A DNA stretch of 64,000 nucleotides from the human T2T-CHM13v2.0 reference genome, Homo sapiens: assembly GCF_009914755.1 (NCBI RefSeq), contig NC_060931.1. The stretch is one strand, 5' to 3'. Position 1 is the first letter of the stretch, and every line of letters begins with the position of its first letter. Shown piece after piece: positions 39,565 through 54,500 of this stretch. A program made the position numbers and the translations under genes. A model generated the notes under the pieces. It saw only the letters and a list, made by a program, of their open reading frames with translations. It ran no database searches and was not told the origin of the DNA.

Positions 39565-39814
39565 CCCAAACTGGGTAGCTTAAAACAACAGAAATGTATT
39601 CTCTCACACTCCTAGAGGCTAGAAGTCTGAAATCAAGGTTTCAACAAGGTTGAACACCCTTTTGAAGGCTTGGAGGGAGAATGAATTTCATGCCTGTCTC
39701 TTAGCTTCTGAGGAGAGCCACGATCCTCGGAGGGCCTTGGCTTGCAGCTGCCTCACTCTAATTCCTGCCCCCATCACCACATGGCCTTCTTCTCTGTGTG
39801 TGTGTCTCTGTGTG

Positions 39815-40200
<386 letters not shown>

Positions 40201-41489
40201 TAATTAATTACATCTGCAACAACCCTATGTCCAAATCAAGTTACATTCTGAGGTACTGAAGTCCTGAGGCGTCAGGACTTCGACATATCTTTTGGAGTAC
40301 ACTATTTAGCCCATCACAGCCACTACACACCAGGTGTGAGAACCAGGCCACGGTTTTTGGTCCTGACACTCTGTTTCTGAAGTGGATCACTGTCTCTCTA
40401 CCCTGACAGTGAAGAGAATCATCTGTAGATCTGGTTGTTTGTTTTTGACATCAGGCTGAGTCCCACTCCCTAGAGATCCTGATGTGGTACATCCAGAATG
40501 GGAACCAACACTTCAAAGGTAAGATTAAAAGGTAAAATGGCATAATTGACTATAATGCTCATCCAGAAATAAGAATCGCTGTGGTCTATCTCAGTAGCAA
40601 TACTTTAAATCAGGAAACTGAGGCAAAAAAAGGCAAAGTGATATGTCCCAACTTTACTCAGTACATAAATGGAACAGCAGGTTTTCAAACCCAGGTCAGT
40701 CCACACAAAGTCTATTTCCTTCTGACCACCCATGCTACCCATCTGTGCCTATTCAGGTCTGTGTGACCACGGTGGGTGTATAATTTGCATATCAATGTAG
40801 GCAAGTTTCTTTCAAGTCTGAGTAGGTGCACGATGGTATGGACTCCAGGGATTACTACTGGAGGGGTGAGCTCCTTTAGGTACAAATATTTGGCTAAACA
40901 TGTTTGTATAGCCTAGCCCCAGAGCATGAGAACAGTTTCTATCTGGCTGTGCCCGCTAAACGGTGAGGCACTGGGTACTCAACCCAGCTCACAAACACTG
41001 ACAGAATAAATGAATGAATAAATGAATAAATGTACATAAAAATAAATGTCACCAAACGACAGTGATTCTGGCTGGAATTTTATTTCAGGTTTCCAGTGCC
41101 CATAATCAGGTTGGGAAACAGTGATCTTTCTACTTCAATTTCATTACTTTTGCATCCTTTTATATTTTATCTAGACCAGAAAAAGAAACAGTTGCTAATT
41201 TGGGAACTGTTGCCAATTTGGGAACAAATTTAATTCCATTACGTATCTGCTCACAGGTATTCTACAGTATTAAATGTTGCCACCAGAGAGCTGTAGAACA
41301 GGAAAAGGTCACGTGGTTTAGTTTTAGCCCTGAAGCTTGGGAACAAACTCTCCTACAGCTGTTCTAGGGTTTTGGAAGTCATTGCCTGGCTTTCAGTACC
41401 CTCCAATATCAGTCCCCAAATATCAATCCACATGGCAGCAGGAGGTCCCGGCTTTGCAGGACAGTTTTAGTTTTACATAGATGCCCTAA

Positions 41490-41612
41490 TGTCCCATAAG
41501 CTAGGGTGATGCAGTTCTGGTTTATCCCTAATGTTACGGCATCATTATTAACAGCAGCCACTTTCACCCTCAAAAGTGTCTTGGTTTAGACAATGTATTC
41601 TATAGTCATGCT
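41490..41612. mobile_element. MER94-like hAT remnant
   Basis: attattaacagc...ctttcaccctcaaaagtgtcttggtttagac. Confidence 0.55.
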
Positions 41613-42377
41613 TCCTAAGCCCACCAGTATTTACAATATGCACTCCAAGTTTTGTTTCAAAAAACCTAACTCCATTCTTACTTCCATTTTTCTCTGACAC
41701 ATGCTCATGCACGGCTCATGATTGCCACCTCGTTTGTACAGAGCTTGCCCCACCTCTGAGTCTGCTCATGTTCCTCTTCCCTGCCCGAAATGTTCTCCTT
41801 CTTCAAAATCACTTATGTAAATCTTACCCATCTTTCAAAACTGAGCTCGAACCCCATTTCCATGAAGCTGCCTCTGTCTGCTTCAACCCACACTGACTTC
41901 TTCCTTCTCTTAACTTCTACTTGTGACATTTGCTTTGCTAAAATAGGGAAGGAGTGAAAGGCACATCGTAGATGATGGATTCACTCCTCCCCTGAGCACT
42001 CTGCCTGTACTTTGTTTAGGAGCCTGCAGGTAGTACCTGGTTATGGTAATTTAGTCCCAGCCCCAACAGGTAGGCTTTCTTCAAAGGTGGTTCATTAAAA
42101 GAAATTAGAATATAAATACATGATCTGCTTATGCATACTTTTTTCCCAAAAAAGACTGTTGTTCTAAGAAAACTGCAAACAGAGCATTTAAACTAAAGAC
42201 TCGCCTGGAGATCTCTGTGACCTCTTGCCCAAAGCAGCTGAGAGTCCCCAACTACAGCATCCTTGAAACATGGCCACCCACGTTATCCACAAACACACAT
42301 CCCACCAGTCAATCTCTCCAGGCACCTTGTTCGCTTGCTGGGAAGCTCAGGCTGACAAAGTTCTTTCTTATCATACG

Positions 42378-42880
<503 letters not shown>

Positions 42881-45606
42881 GTGGATTCTACCTCTATGAC
42901 TTTTCCATTTCTAACAACAGATAGCAAGTCACTTCTCTTTTCTTCAAATTAACTCTTCAAATACTGGAAGACATCTCTCTGCCTTCGCTCCTAATACTCA
43001 GCTGTAGCCCATGTAACCTAACATTTCTTTACAACAAGCTTCCATCCCCTAAACCAACTTGGGCACCCCACTCTGGGTCCTCTGCTGCTTGCCAATGTCT
43101 CTCTCAAAATGGGATGCCCAGAGATGACATGCGCCTCACAGTGCGAGGTGGGGAGAGAGACTGAGAGGATTTTCAGTGCTTTCAGTACACACTGCCAATT
43201 TTGTGAAGGACAGTGTATCTACTTACACTCCTGGCAGCTGATGATGAGCCTGCCCATTTCAGCCTAAACCAACCAGCAGCAACTATTACCATTTTATAAA
43301 TCTTTGCTAATTTAATAGGCACATGAAGTTGACTCCTGAGTTGTTTTAATTGGGATGCCTTTGTATTCTTCAGATATCTATTGGCAATTGGTAGTTCTTT
43401 TGTAAATTTCCTGTCCTTGTCCTTCCTGGGTTTTTTCTTTTTTTTCTTTTTTTGCCTTTAATTCATTAGGTCAGTTGCTGAGCCAAGTAAGCCCTTTCTA
43501 TGTATCATCTCACCAAACCCTCAAAACAGTGTTTCCCCCACTTTATAGGTAAAGAAACTGAGCTTCAAGAAACTTACAGCAGTTAGGTCTTCAGCTTCCT
43601 CACTGATTTATTCCTTCATTTAACCAACATTTTTTTGGAGGAGAGTTCTTCATCTTTCAGACGTTTTGTAATATGAGTTAATAGGGCCAAGTACCTGGTA
43701 TGAAATTATGAGGAAGCTTCAGAAGGAAACTGGGAACGTTCTCAACTCTGTTTCTTCCTACTTCTACCTAAAATTTCCTTTATTCTCCTTGTTGCTTTTC
43801 CTGGCCTAAAGGTATTAGTGAACAAGTAATAATCATTCAGTGGATAGCAATGCTATTTACTGATACAAGGTTTAAAGAGGATATACGTATCTGTTCATAT
43901 ATTTGTCAAGAGAGGTAGCCATCCCCTAAAAAGTAACAGAAAGGGATTAAAGGGAGCAATTTGGAAATAAGGGATGACTCTGTATAAAATCATAGTCCAT
44001 CAGTAGAAATTGTTCAAAAGTATATATGTAAGTAATACTGGCTTTCATTTTTTCCATTTTTTATTATCTTACATCCCAGGACCAGTGTTTACGCAATTAA
44101 CCAAGACACTAATGTTAATTCATTATTTACAGCATTTTAGTCCAAACAGCTGAGCTTCTCATGGATTTCGTTAATTCAATCCAATTCCATGCAATTATAC
44201 TTTAATTAAAAATACATATGCATAAAGTTGAAATCCTGATATTTAAGTCAATTAAATTTACAACAAAATTAGAAGAGAAGCAAATGATTAATTACAGGTC
44301 TAGAAACAAAAATAAATTAATAAAAAAGAATTTAATCCTACTCTCTGTTTTAGAAGGTAGCCAAGGCCCAAAGGTCACGAGTTCTCAATGTCACACACTG
44401 AGCAGTAACACTGAGATTCAGCTCCAGGTTTCCCGACTTCCAATCCAGAGCCTGTTCATCTGGGTCTTTCCCTGACATTGATTCCCAACTTCACTTAAAC
44501 AGGCCCTGTTCTCCCCAGAACTCTCAAAACTCTCCAAATGAAATTTATAAACAAGGAGTTAAAACAGCTAAAGCAACAAAAAAGGTCTTGGTTCTGGGAC
44601 TTTGTGCTTTTAGGCAGCCTGGTTAAAATCGTTGGGGGCTATACATATCCTTCTATAAGCTTTGATGGAAACTCGATTTATTCCATATTGGTTATTAACA
44701 AACACATATTCATCTGCAATTTCAAGGCCCTACATCTTGCTGCAAATATTTCTTTCACATAATAAACAAATATTTTTTTAAAAAAGAAAAAAGCATTCTA
44801 TAAATTCTGGTGCTAATTTCCCCAAATAAGAAGGAATACATCTTTTATCTCTTCTTTACTATCCTAAGCTTCCCATTACTGTCTGTTTGGACCAATCATT
44901 TAAAACTACACACAAACTTTAAGTTCAATTTCTCAACACTGTGGTTTTGATATCTCCACAATGCACTACTTGGCAACCACACTTACCTCACAACATAAAG
45001 AGAATTTTAACCCTCTAAATAGATTGTTCTAAATAGGGACACAAAGCAAATTTTAAACAACAAAAGTTAACTCCAATTGACCTGACTGTTGATTGTTTAT
45101 ATTATTTCTAGAATCGTATCCTCCAGAACTTAGTCTGGATTATTTGTTAGCCTACACCCATTCCCAGCACAGGTGTTTCCCTCTCTTTCCACCTTCACCC
45201 ACCAGTAAAGCCCCCACTGTGGCCACTTCCCTACAGACAGAGCCCCTTCCTCCACACACAGGCCTTGGCCCCACACCAACAACTCCTCCATAAGGAGACA
45301 CTACCTCGTACACATTTACCCTCTGCCCCCCACCAACACACAACAACCTACCCTGGGCATCATTATAAAGTAACACATGACACCAAGGCCTGGCCTGCAT
45401 AAGTGAACCCTAAAACCATTACGAGCGACAACCTGAAAGCCATGTTAACTTGAGAAACTCTCTGCAAACCTTGAAAACATCCGGAAAGTTTTCCATCTCA
45501 CAAGGACAGGCTCGTTCAAACCTCCCCTTGGAAATTTAGGCAAGGTGACCCCTCTATTCATTCAGATCCACAGGCCTTCCCCCAGCAAGACGGAGCGCAC
45601 ACTCAC

Positions 45607-45702
45607 TGCAAATCTGACTTGGCAGTTCTCCTCTCCAAGGTAGCAGAGGTCTCCCGAGACGTTGGTCTCCAGCCACAGGTGTTCTCCATTCACGGCATTC
45701 TC
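45607..45702 (-). CDS. DGKI: DGKI coding exon 3 (96 nt): [32 protein letters not shown], start of C1A
   Basis: Acceptor cttttccttgcag|, donor GCA|gtgagt; first His and Cys ligands of C1 domain. Confidence 0.97.
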
Positions 45703-46715
45703 CTGCAAGGAAAAGACCCACCTGACATCAATTTTTTTTTTCCAGGGATAAGGAAAACTATTTCAAATTTAGATTTGGGATACAAGAAAGTTAGTGAAAC
45801 CAAGGAGTCTAAACATTTCTCATTTGACCACTAAAAGTACTGCTAGAGTTGATTCTCCCGAAATTCTAAAAAGGGAGAAAGGTGTTTGGAAAAACTTTGA
45901 GCTATAACTAAAATAAACATTAGGTTTATAGCTGCTTTATCCATGGAGGTGGACATTTTTGAAACATATTCAACAAATGAGGAAAAAACACCTCTAAATA
46001 GTTCGATGTCAAACCTTATTCACCAGGCCCACCACTGCAAATGTCATGACAACTGAGACTAAAATTATATTAAAATTTGACTTTGCTTAGTGAATAAGCT
46101 TAACAAATTAGCTAAAAAGGAGGATGGTAGCATTAAAGTATTTTAAGTAAAGACAGTTTGAAAACACAGTTATACCAGTAATAGGTAAATTATATTTCTA
46201 AGGGCAGAGGCTTCTTAAAACTAAGTCCCTGTGTACTCAAAGCATAATACGTTTCTGCTAATTCACATCTTACTAATTCAGTAAGGTCTTCACCCAATTA
46301 CTTCTCAATTTTTCAAACTAAATGTTATTGCTTCTAAAAATATTCATATACTTTGGATGGGGAACAGAGCTGCTAGAATGTATGACCTGATGAGCAACAA
46401 CCCTATTTTCCAGAAATGTGTAGTGCGGTATTGGGGAAAGGGGGAAGCAAACTGTTTTTTTTTTTTTTTAATCGTACGATGAATAGAATTCCATATTCCT
46501 TCTTATGGGACTCTATCTTGGAAATTATAGATTTATATATTAATTGTATATTTTGCTCATTTGCTTAAAAGGAGCTCTGAGCTGTTAGGGAAAGTATTGT
46601 ATTAGATTAACCATAAAGAAACAAGACTAAGTCTCCATGGCTTACAGGAAAATTACTCTTGTTTTTATTTTATTCATCAGATGTACATGGGCATGTAATT
46701 ATTTTTTATGGGGGA

Positions 46716-47397
<682 letters not shown>

Positions 47398-47547
47398 ACT
47401 TCAATAAGAAATTCTATAGAATAATCATGTAATGAAAACCCATCTTATACATGAGCCACTTTTATTATAACCTACTCCAGCAGTGTCCACACGATAGCCC
47501 TTTGAATCTCAAAGCTTAGTACAGCAAAGCAGAAATATATACCAAAT

Positions 47548-47852
47548 GGCCAGGAGCAGTGGCTCATGCCTGTAATCCCAGCGCTTCAGGAGGCTGAGGC
47601 AGGCAAATCACTTGAGGCCAGGAGCTTGAGACCAGCCTGGACAACATGGTGAAACCCCATCTCTACTAAACATACAAAAATTTGCCAGGCATGGTGGCAG
47701 GCACCTGTAATCCCAGCTACTCAGGAGCCTGAGGCAAGAGAATTGCTTGAAACCCAGGAGGCAGAGGTTGCAGTGAGCTGAGATTGTGCCATTGCACTCC
47801 AGTCTGGGCAATGGATCAATATTCTGACTCAAAAGAAAAGAGAAAAAAAAAA
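47548..47852 (+). mobile_element. Older AluS/J
   Basis: Alu consensus, diverged; flanks resemble aatata(t/c)ac..aaat. Confidence 0.9.
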
Positions 47853-48839
47853 GGAATATACACTAAATGACATTTGCTGGGAAAAAATACCAAGTGTCAC
47901 CCATCTTTTAAAATAAACGTATTTCTTCAGATTCAGATAGAACACATTTTCCTTTCAGGGCCTAGTGACTCAAATAATTCTGGGGTAAGAACAACCAAAA
48001 TTTGTATTGTGACATGTGATGTAGGTGCTTCAGGATCCAAGAAAGGTGGGTCCAAGTCCTGGACCACAGAAGTGAGGCAGGAAGGGACAAGAGAATGTGA
48101 AAGTCACTAGGGATATAGATGTCAAGGGCTTCAGGACAACGCACAGGGAGACCCTGGTGGTAGGAGTGCACCATCCACATCTCCCAGTGCCTCAAAACCA
48201 TTCCTAAAGGGAGAGCAACACTGACCAGGATCATTGCCCTCTACATCAAAGGGTGGACACCTGTTCACCAAAACTTTTTCTTCTCTACTGGTAATTTTTC
48301 CCTGTTGCAAGTTCAATTTTTTCAAGGAAGTCAATGGGAAAATAGGCTTCACCTCACAGTCAACCTTGTGGGACAACAGCAGATGCAAGAGAAGCATAGC
48401 TATGGGTTCAGACCCTAAAAGTTTTCAGATAGTGATGGATGATGACAACACTTTAAAAAAAGTAGAAAGGCACTTCTTCGCAAGGTATCCTGAAGACATC
48501 AATCCACACAACCTAAAATATTCTACTACTGGGAACTTTTCTCCAACTCTAAGTTATAACCATTTATACAGAATAATGCCTTTTCATTTTGTTATTCTTT
48601 AATTTATTCAACAATTCTTTATTCGATAACACTGGTGCCAGGCACTGAGATTCTGTGTTAATCAATGGAGAAAAATCTACCAGAGAAGATGGAACTAGAT
48701 GCATAATAACAGCAGCCAATATGAGGGAAACCACAGCAAAATCCCACTAACTACTTTAGAAAGTGAAGTCCAAAATGTAGCAGTGGGTAAAATGTCAAAA
48801 CCTACTGATAAAGCAATGAGCTTTCAGCTCCAAGAAAGT

Positions 48840-49265
48840 AATCTCTAAGCCCATGGAAAGTCCTGCCTGATAAAAGTGTTTTTGTTTGTCTGGCGGCCTT
48901 GGGCCATAAGGTATCAGCTTGACCCCCAGAGGGGCTAGAGGCTATTGTCAACCAAATGGGCAGTCAACGCTGTCTACAGGACCAACCCCCACTTAAAACT
49001 CTGGACATCAAGGTTCGAATGAGCTTCCCTGCTTGGCTCTATGCCATGTATATTATAGCACATGGTTGCTGGGAGAAGTTAGCTAGTGAACCATGATTCT
49101 ACGTGGAAAGGACTGTAATAAACCACAAATGTGAGTATTAACAGCTTTCAGGGAGTTCTATGAGTGTTTCTAGTGAGTTACTGAAGCTGAGTGTGGTCTT
49201 GGGGGTCCCGAACTTGCAACTGATGTCAGAAGACAGGGTAGTCTTGGGGACTCTTGAATCCTGCA
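48840..49265 (+). mobile_element. MER21/MER68-family ERVL LTR fragment
   Basis: aaaactctggacatcaagg...gagcttccctg...aataaacc...gagttctatgagt...gtcttggggactc. Confidence 0.6.
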
Positions 49266-49663
49266 TAAAGTTGTCTAGCCTGGGTGGCATTAGCACAAGA
49301 ATGCAGTAGACAAATGAACTATTTTTGTTTTCTTCCTACAATTCTCAGGAACCCGTCTCCAGCTCCATATTAATCAATGTGAGCTTTGGAGTCAGACTTA
49401 TTGCCCAATAGTTGTATGACTCAGGGCCCTTCTCACTTTCCTAGACCCTATTTTACTCATCAGTCACATAAAAATCACTGTACCTCCCTTACAGGACTAC
49501 AATGATGTTTAAACATAAAAATGCATAAAGCCCAATGTTCCGCATAAAACAAGAAGTTAATAGATGTTCATTATATTTATTATTGTTGCTATTACTCTCT
49601 AGTTTCCCTTCTTCCTCCCAATCCACAGATGTTAGCATTAACTACGTTTCTCTCCTTGGTCTT

Positions 49664-50075
49664 TGTGGCCAAGACTGCTAGCCAGTCCTCAAAATAATTA
49701 TTTCTCCTTTTCCTGGACACATAGTTAGACTTTATTTCCCCAGTCTCTCTTGCAATTAGGTGTGGCCAAATTCTGAACAGTGAAACAGAGCAGAAATTCC
49801 AGACTTGTTCCATTAAATCCTCCCACATACATTCCTCCATGATTTTTTGTCTTACTGGTCAATTGGGAAGTCAGGCTTTTGGAATCCTCTTGGTGAGATG
49901 TCAGAGTGATCCTCAGCATGGGTCACTGAATAGCTATGTGAGAAAGGGCCTGACTACCCAGCCAACCACCTGGAATAGTCTTGGTCTATGACATAGGTGA
50001 GACACTCTCTTGTATTAAGCCATTATACATTTGAGTCTTTCATTTGCTGCAGAGCCTCATTTACCCCAGCAAATG
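49664..50075 (+). mobile_element. Old MLT1 (F-J type) LTR
   Basis: tgtggccaagactgc...atttccccagtctctcttgcaattaggtgtggcc...tgtattaagcca. Confidence 0.65.
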
Positions 50076-50347
50076 CAGGCCTCTTCCCTTTGCTTTTATT
50101 TTTGTCTAGGTTTCTTTTCATTATCTGAATATACCCCCAATTACTTACTATACGCTGGACAGTGCATCTAATTTCGGAGTCTTGTTTTCTTCTGCTCTGA
50201 ACTCTGACACCCTCTCCGATTTATTTAACGTTAGTATAAATTTAGTTTCCGCCAAAAGAGAGCCATGATTGTGCCTCTCCCTTGTTCAGAATGCTTAGAT
50301 GTTTCCCTATTTATAAAATAAAATCCAAATTCAACCTGGCATACTAG

Positions 50348-50719
<372 letters not shown>

Positions 50720-51235
50720 TAGTATACAACTCAAAGAGTATCCATCTGTGCCAGACAGAAAAATAACTCTCCTATTTCTAAACAAAGATAGCACTTCTTC
50801 TGTACTTGTGAGTGCTGAGACTCACAAGTCTGTATAGCTATATATATATTTACATTGATAGATTTACATCGATAGATCTATTCATCTAAGAGTGGAGATT
50901 CACCTAAATAGACATAAATACAGATTTCTAGATATAGGCATGTTTTCTTGCTCAAGTGCTACCGAAATTCTAGTAATGGTTACAGGCAAAAAGACAAAGG
51001 TGAGGTGAGTGTTTGAGACTGAATAACACAGATAAAGAGTATGCTCACACAAGAAGCAAATACTCCACACAAAATGAAGACGCTTGCTTATAAAAATGTT
51101 TTGAAACAATGAGAATTATAAATATGTATCCTATGTAAATGTCCTTACAAAATCAAAAAGGAAAAAGAGTGGATTGCCTCCCCTTGAAAATCTTCAGGAC
51201 AAGAATTGATAACACACCATGTTGGATGTTTTAGA

Positions 51236-51535
51236 TTTGTGCTGTACAATACGCAGATGGCTACTGAGGACTTAAAATGTGGTTAGCACTAACTGAGATG
51301 TGCTTCTCTTTGAACAATTCACAGCAGATTTTGAAGATTTAGTGTGAGAAAAGAATGTAAAACATCTCCCTAATAATTTTTATGTTGATTACATGTTGAA
51401 ATAATATTTTGAATATATTTGCTTAAACAAAATATGGAATTAAAAATAATCTTACCTATTTCTTCTCACTTTTTAAAGTGTGGCTACTAGAAAATGTATC
51501 ATTACAGCTCATATCTATTTCTACTGGACAGCGTT
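51236..51535. mobile_element. MER33 (hAT-Charlie) element
   Basis: gtgctgtacaata...atggctactgag...gattacatgttgaaat...tttctactggacagcg. Confidence 0.8.
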
Positions 51536-54500
51536 TGTTTAGATAATCACTTGCCTCGGGGCAGAAGATTAGACCGAGACACTTCTCACAGGTCTGTGAA
51601 GTTACAGAATTCCATGATTTCCCTCGGCAGCCAGGGTGATTTGATTTAAAAACTCCCCCGTTCTCAGAAAATAAAGGAATGGTGAGAGTCCCTGAAATTA
51701 AGGTCGATTTGTCCCTTCATTTACGTGGCTGACCAGGACTGGGATCTTCACTGATTTATAGTGAGTAGTTCCTTATGCGCTGCTCAACAAACAGTCTCAT
51801 TTATCGATTAATCTGACTTCAGTTTTTCGAAATGGGGCTGGGAGTGGGGAAAGATGTGGGGCTGTGGGTGATGACACTCAGACCTGATGAAGAGGGGGGC
51901 CTGACGCCCAAAATTAAGGTCCAGGTCTCCTAGGACTCACAGGAAACAGGACTGAAATGAGAACATGCACACGGACGAGCACGCACGCACAAACACGCAT
52001 GCACACACACAGCCCTGCCTCCTTCTGGCTTTTCATTCAAGGTTTCTAAAGATAAGATGACCTAGTTTCATAACCCAGTTTAAACCAATCCCACATGAAG
52101 ACTCTGGTTCCTTAATCTTGTCCCTGAACCAAACTGTGAGGCAGTGCACCAACTGTGTGATGTTTCTATCTGCCTCAGAGAAAGTGTTTCTTAGCATCGT
52201 CAACTAAAGGAAAGGAAAGGAAAGGTGGTTCGGACTGAAGATCTGGCTTTGTTTGTGTTGAGGCTCTGTTTTCCACAGCTCTTGGGACCGAAGAAAGTTT
52301 GCCAATGAGGAAGGAAAACAAAATAAAATCAAGGGTGCTGGGTTTAAAACCAATGTGCCCTTTAAGAAAGATCTTGGTGGCTTTTCCACCACTGTTCAGG
52401 GGGTTGTTTTAGGCAGTGTAATGGGCAAAAACAAATTATGAAATGGTGGGGACAGATGGGAGACACACTTCCTGGGCTCTCTGCTGCAGTACTACAAACA
52501 GGGAAGAGTGCTGGAAGTCCAAATGAAGTCTCCATTGGAAGGGAGACATGTGACATTTAAAAGAAGATACACATTATCTGTGGAACAGACATGCTTCTAA
52601 ATGGACTAATTCACTCTAAACTGGGAACTTGGAATCCATCCCAGGAGATGAGAATATTTTTTCCTTCTTAGGCATTACTTCCTTCCTTTCTAGTAATTTA
52701 ACTTGTTTTACCCCAACTGGCTTGGCTGACAGGCATCATCCAGTGTCAGAGGGGGCAGCTGCTGCAGGCTGTCACTGTGGAAGTGAAAAGATGATGTCCT
52801 TGTGAAGAGTAGGAAGGCCAAAGTACTGTGTGCGCCTTAAAATCTAACACAATGCATTGAATTAGGAAGGAAATTTAAAGACAGTTACTTGGGATTAAAA
52901 CGGCATAAATCCATTTATTTTTCAAGCAGACTTTGGAGTCATGCCTACCAAGCCTTTCAGGAACTAGAGATTATCTGAGTGCCTGTCAACTCCCAGCGAA
53001 ATATCCCCTTCTCACTGATTGAGCAGAAAAACTGTAATCAATTCATCCCCTGACATCAGTAACCAAGCAGCTACTAGGTCTATGATGCTGCACTCTCCAC
53101 TGTGAAGAGAAAACAAGCAGAAAACATTGCCCCTCCTTTTAAGCAGCCTGAAATCTGACAGCCACAAATAAGAAAGTCAAACAAAAAGCACTAATTTGGT
53201 TCTAAGGTTTGTAAGACAATGCACTACCAACAGAGAGGTGTTGTGAGGATACAAAGCAAAGACTACATCAGATACATAGAATCAGTTTGATTGAAAAGAT
53301 GAGCATGGCTTGGCAGACAGCAAAAGAGAAAATCTCTAGAGGAAATAATTTTCATACTGGGTAGAGCCCAGTGTCCACTGCTGTCAATAGAAGACTCAGG
53401 CATCATACTGAAGACTGATCCAGATACTCTCCACACACCACTGCAGGTTCTATCCCTGACATGCACGGAGGAAAATGACTGTGCACAGGCAGCCTCAGTA
53501 AATATCTATTGCCGAAAAATCTTCAAAGAATGAGCCCATGTGGGACAGAGAATCCTAAAAGTCATAATAAGCCATTTGAGTAAAACACAGCAGGAGAGAA
53601 TGTTTGGGATTTTGAGAAACAACCTAAAACTAAGAGAGAGAGACTGTATATATCACAAACAAGGAAATGAGAACATAAAAATGGAATGCTTAAAGAGAAG
53701 TATTAAGTTAATGTACCCAAAGCATAAAAACTGTCTGCTATAACAGCACCCTCCTGGCCAAGAAGTGCAGGTGCCTATAGTCTATGCGCACTAAATCAGT
53801 GCTCACCTGTATCTCAGGCACCCCACAAACAGACTTCTCCTCAAAGCCTTTTGCCAAAGTATATTTAGGAAATACTTGTGTCCCTTCAGATGACTTTGGC
53901 ACATAGGCTAGTGTCAGAACACGGCCCTTTTGGGATTCCACAATAAGTAGAAACTTGGGGACTAAGATCCTAACTCCAGGTTCACTCTGACTTTGCAACT
54001 TCAGACACACCATGAACGTTTTTTTTAATCTTTTTCCTTACAGATGAAGGAAGAAGAATAGAGTAACAGAAGCCAGAGAATCATAGTAGTAGACGCCTTT
54101 GAGATGACCCCCATTGATTCCCCTGAGCCAAAGTGTTACAGAGCAGAGAGAATTTCCACCCAAGAGTCAAGTGGGGAAAGGGAACAACAGGACCCTCGTC
54201 GTCCCTGCTGGACCCCATCTGCCACTGTGGTCAAGACCTTCAGAAGCACAACTTAGCACTATTGGGGCCCTCTACCTTATCAAAGGCAAGAGACTGGAGT
54301 TCCCCCTACCTTTTTTATAAGCTCCTGCCACCTTCCTTTTTATTTGAAAGAATCAAAGAGGCTCCAACCCTTTTCATTGCTCAATAAATAGTAATACTGA
54401 ATTAAATAAAGATTGCTCATTTCCATACATTGAGTCCAGAAGAGTAGACTAATGGTAGAAGATGAGGGAATCAAACAAGAGAGTGGAGGAGAGGGAATGG

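Noticed and set aside
41191-41225. 18-bp tandem duplication (gttgc(t/c)aatttgggaac); similar 17-bp repeat near 50370-50410
   Set aside because: Two-copy slippage duplications without spacers; not a CRISPR-like or functional array
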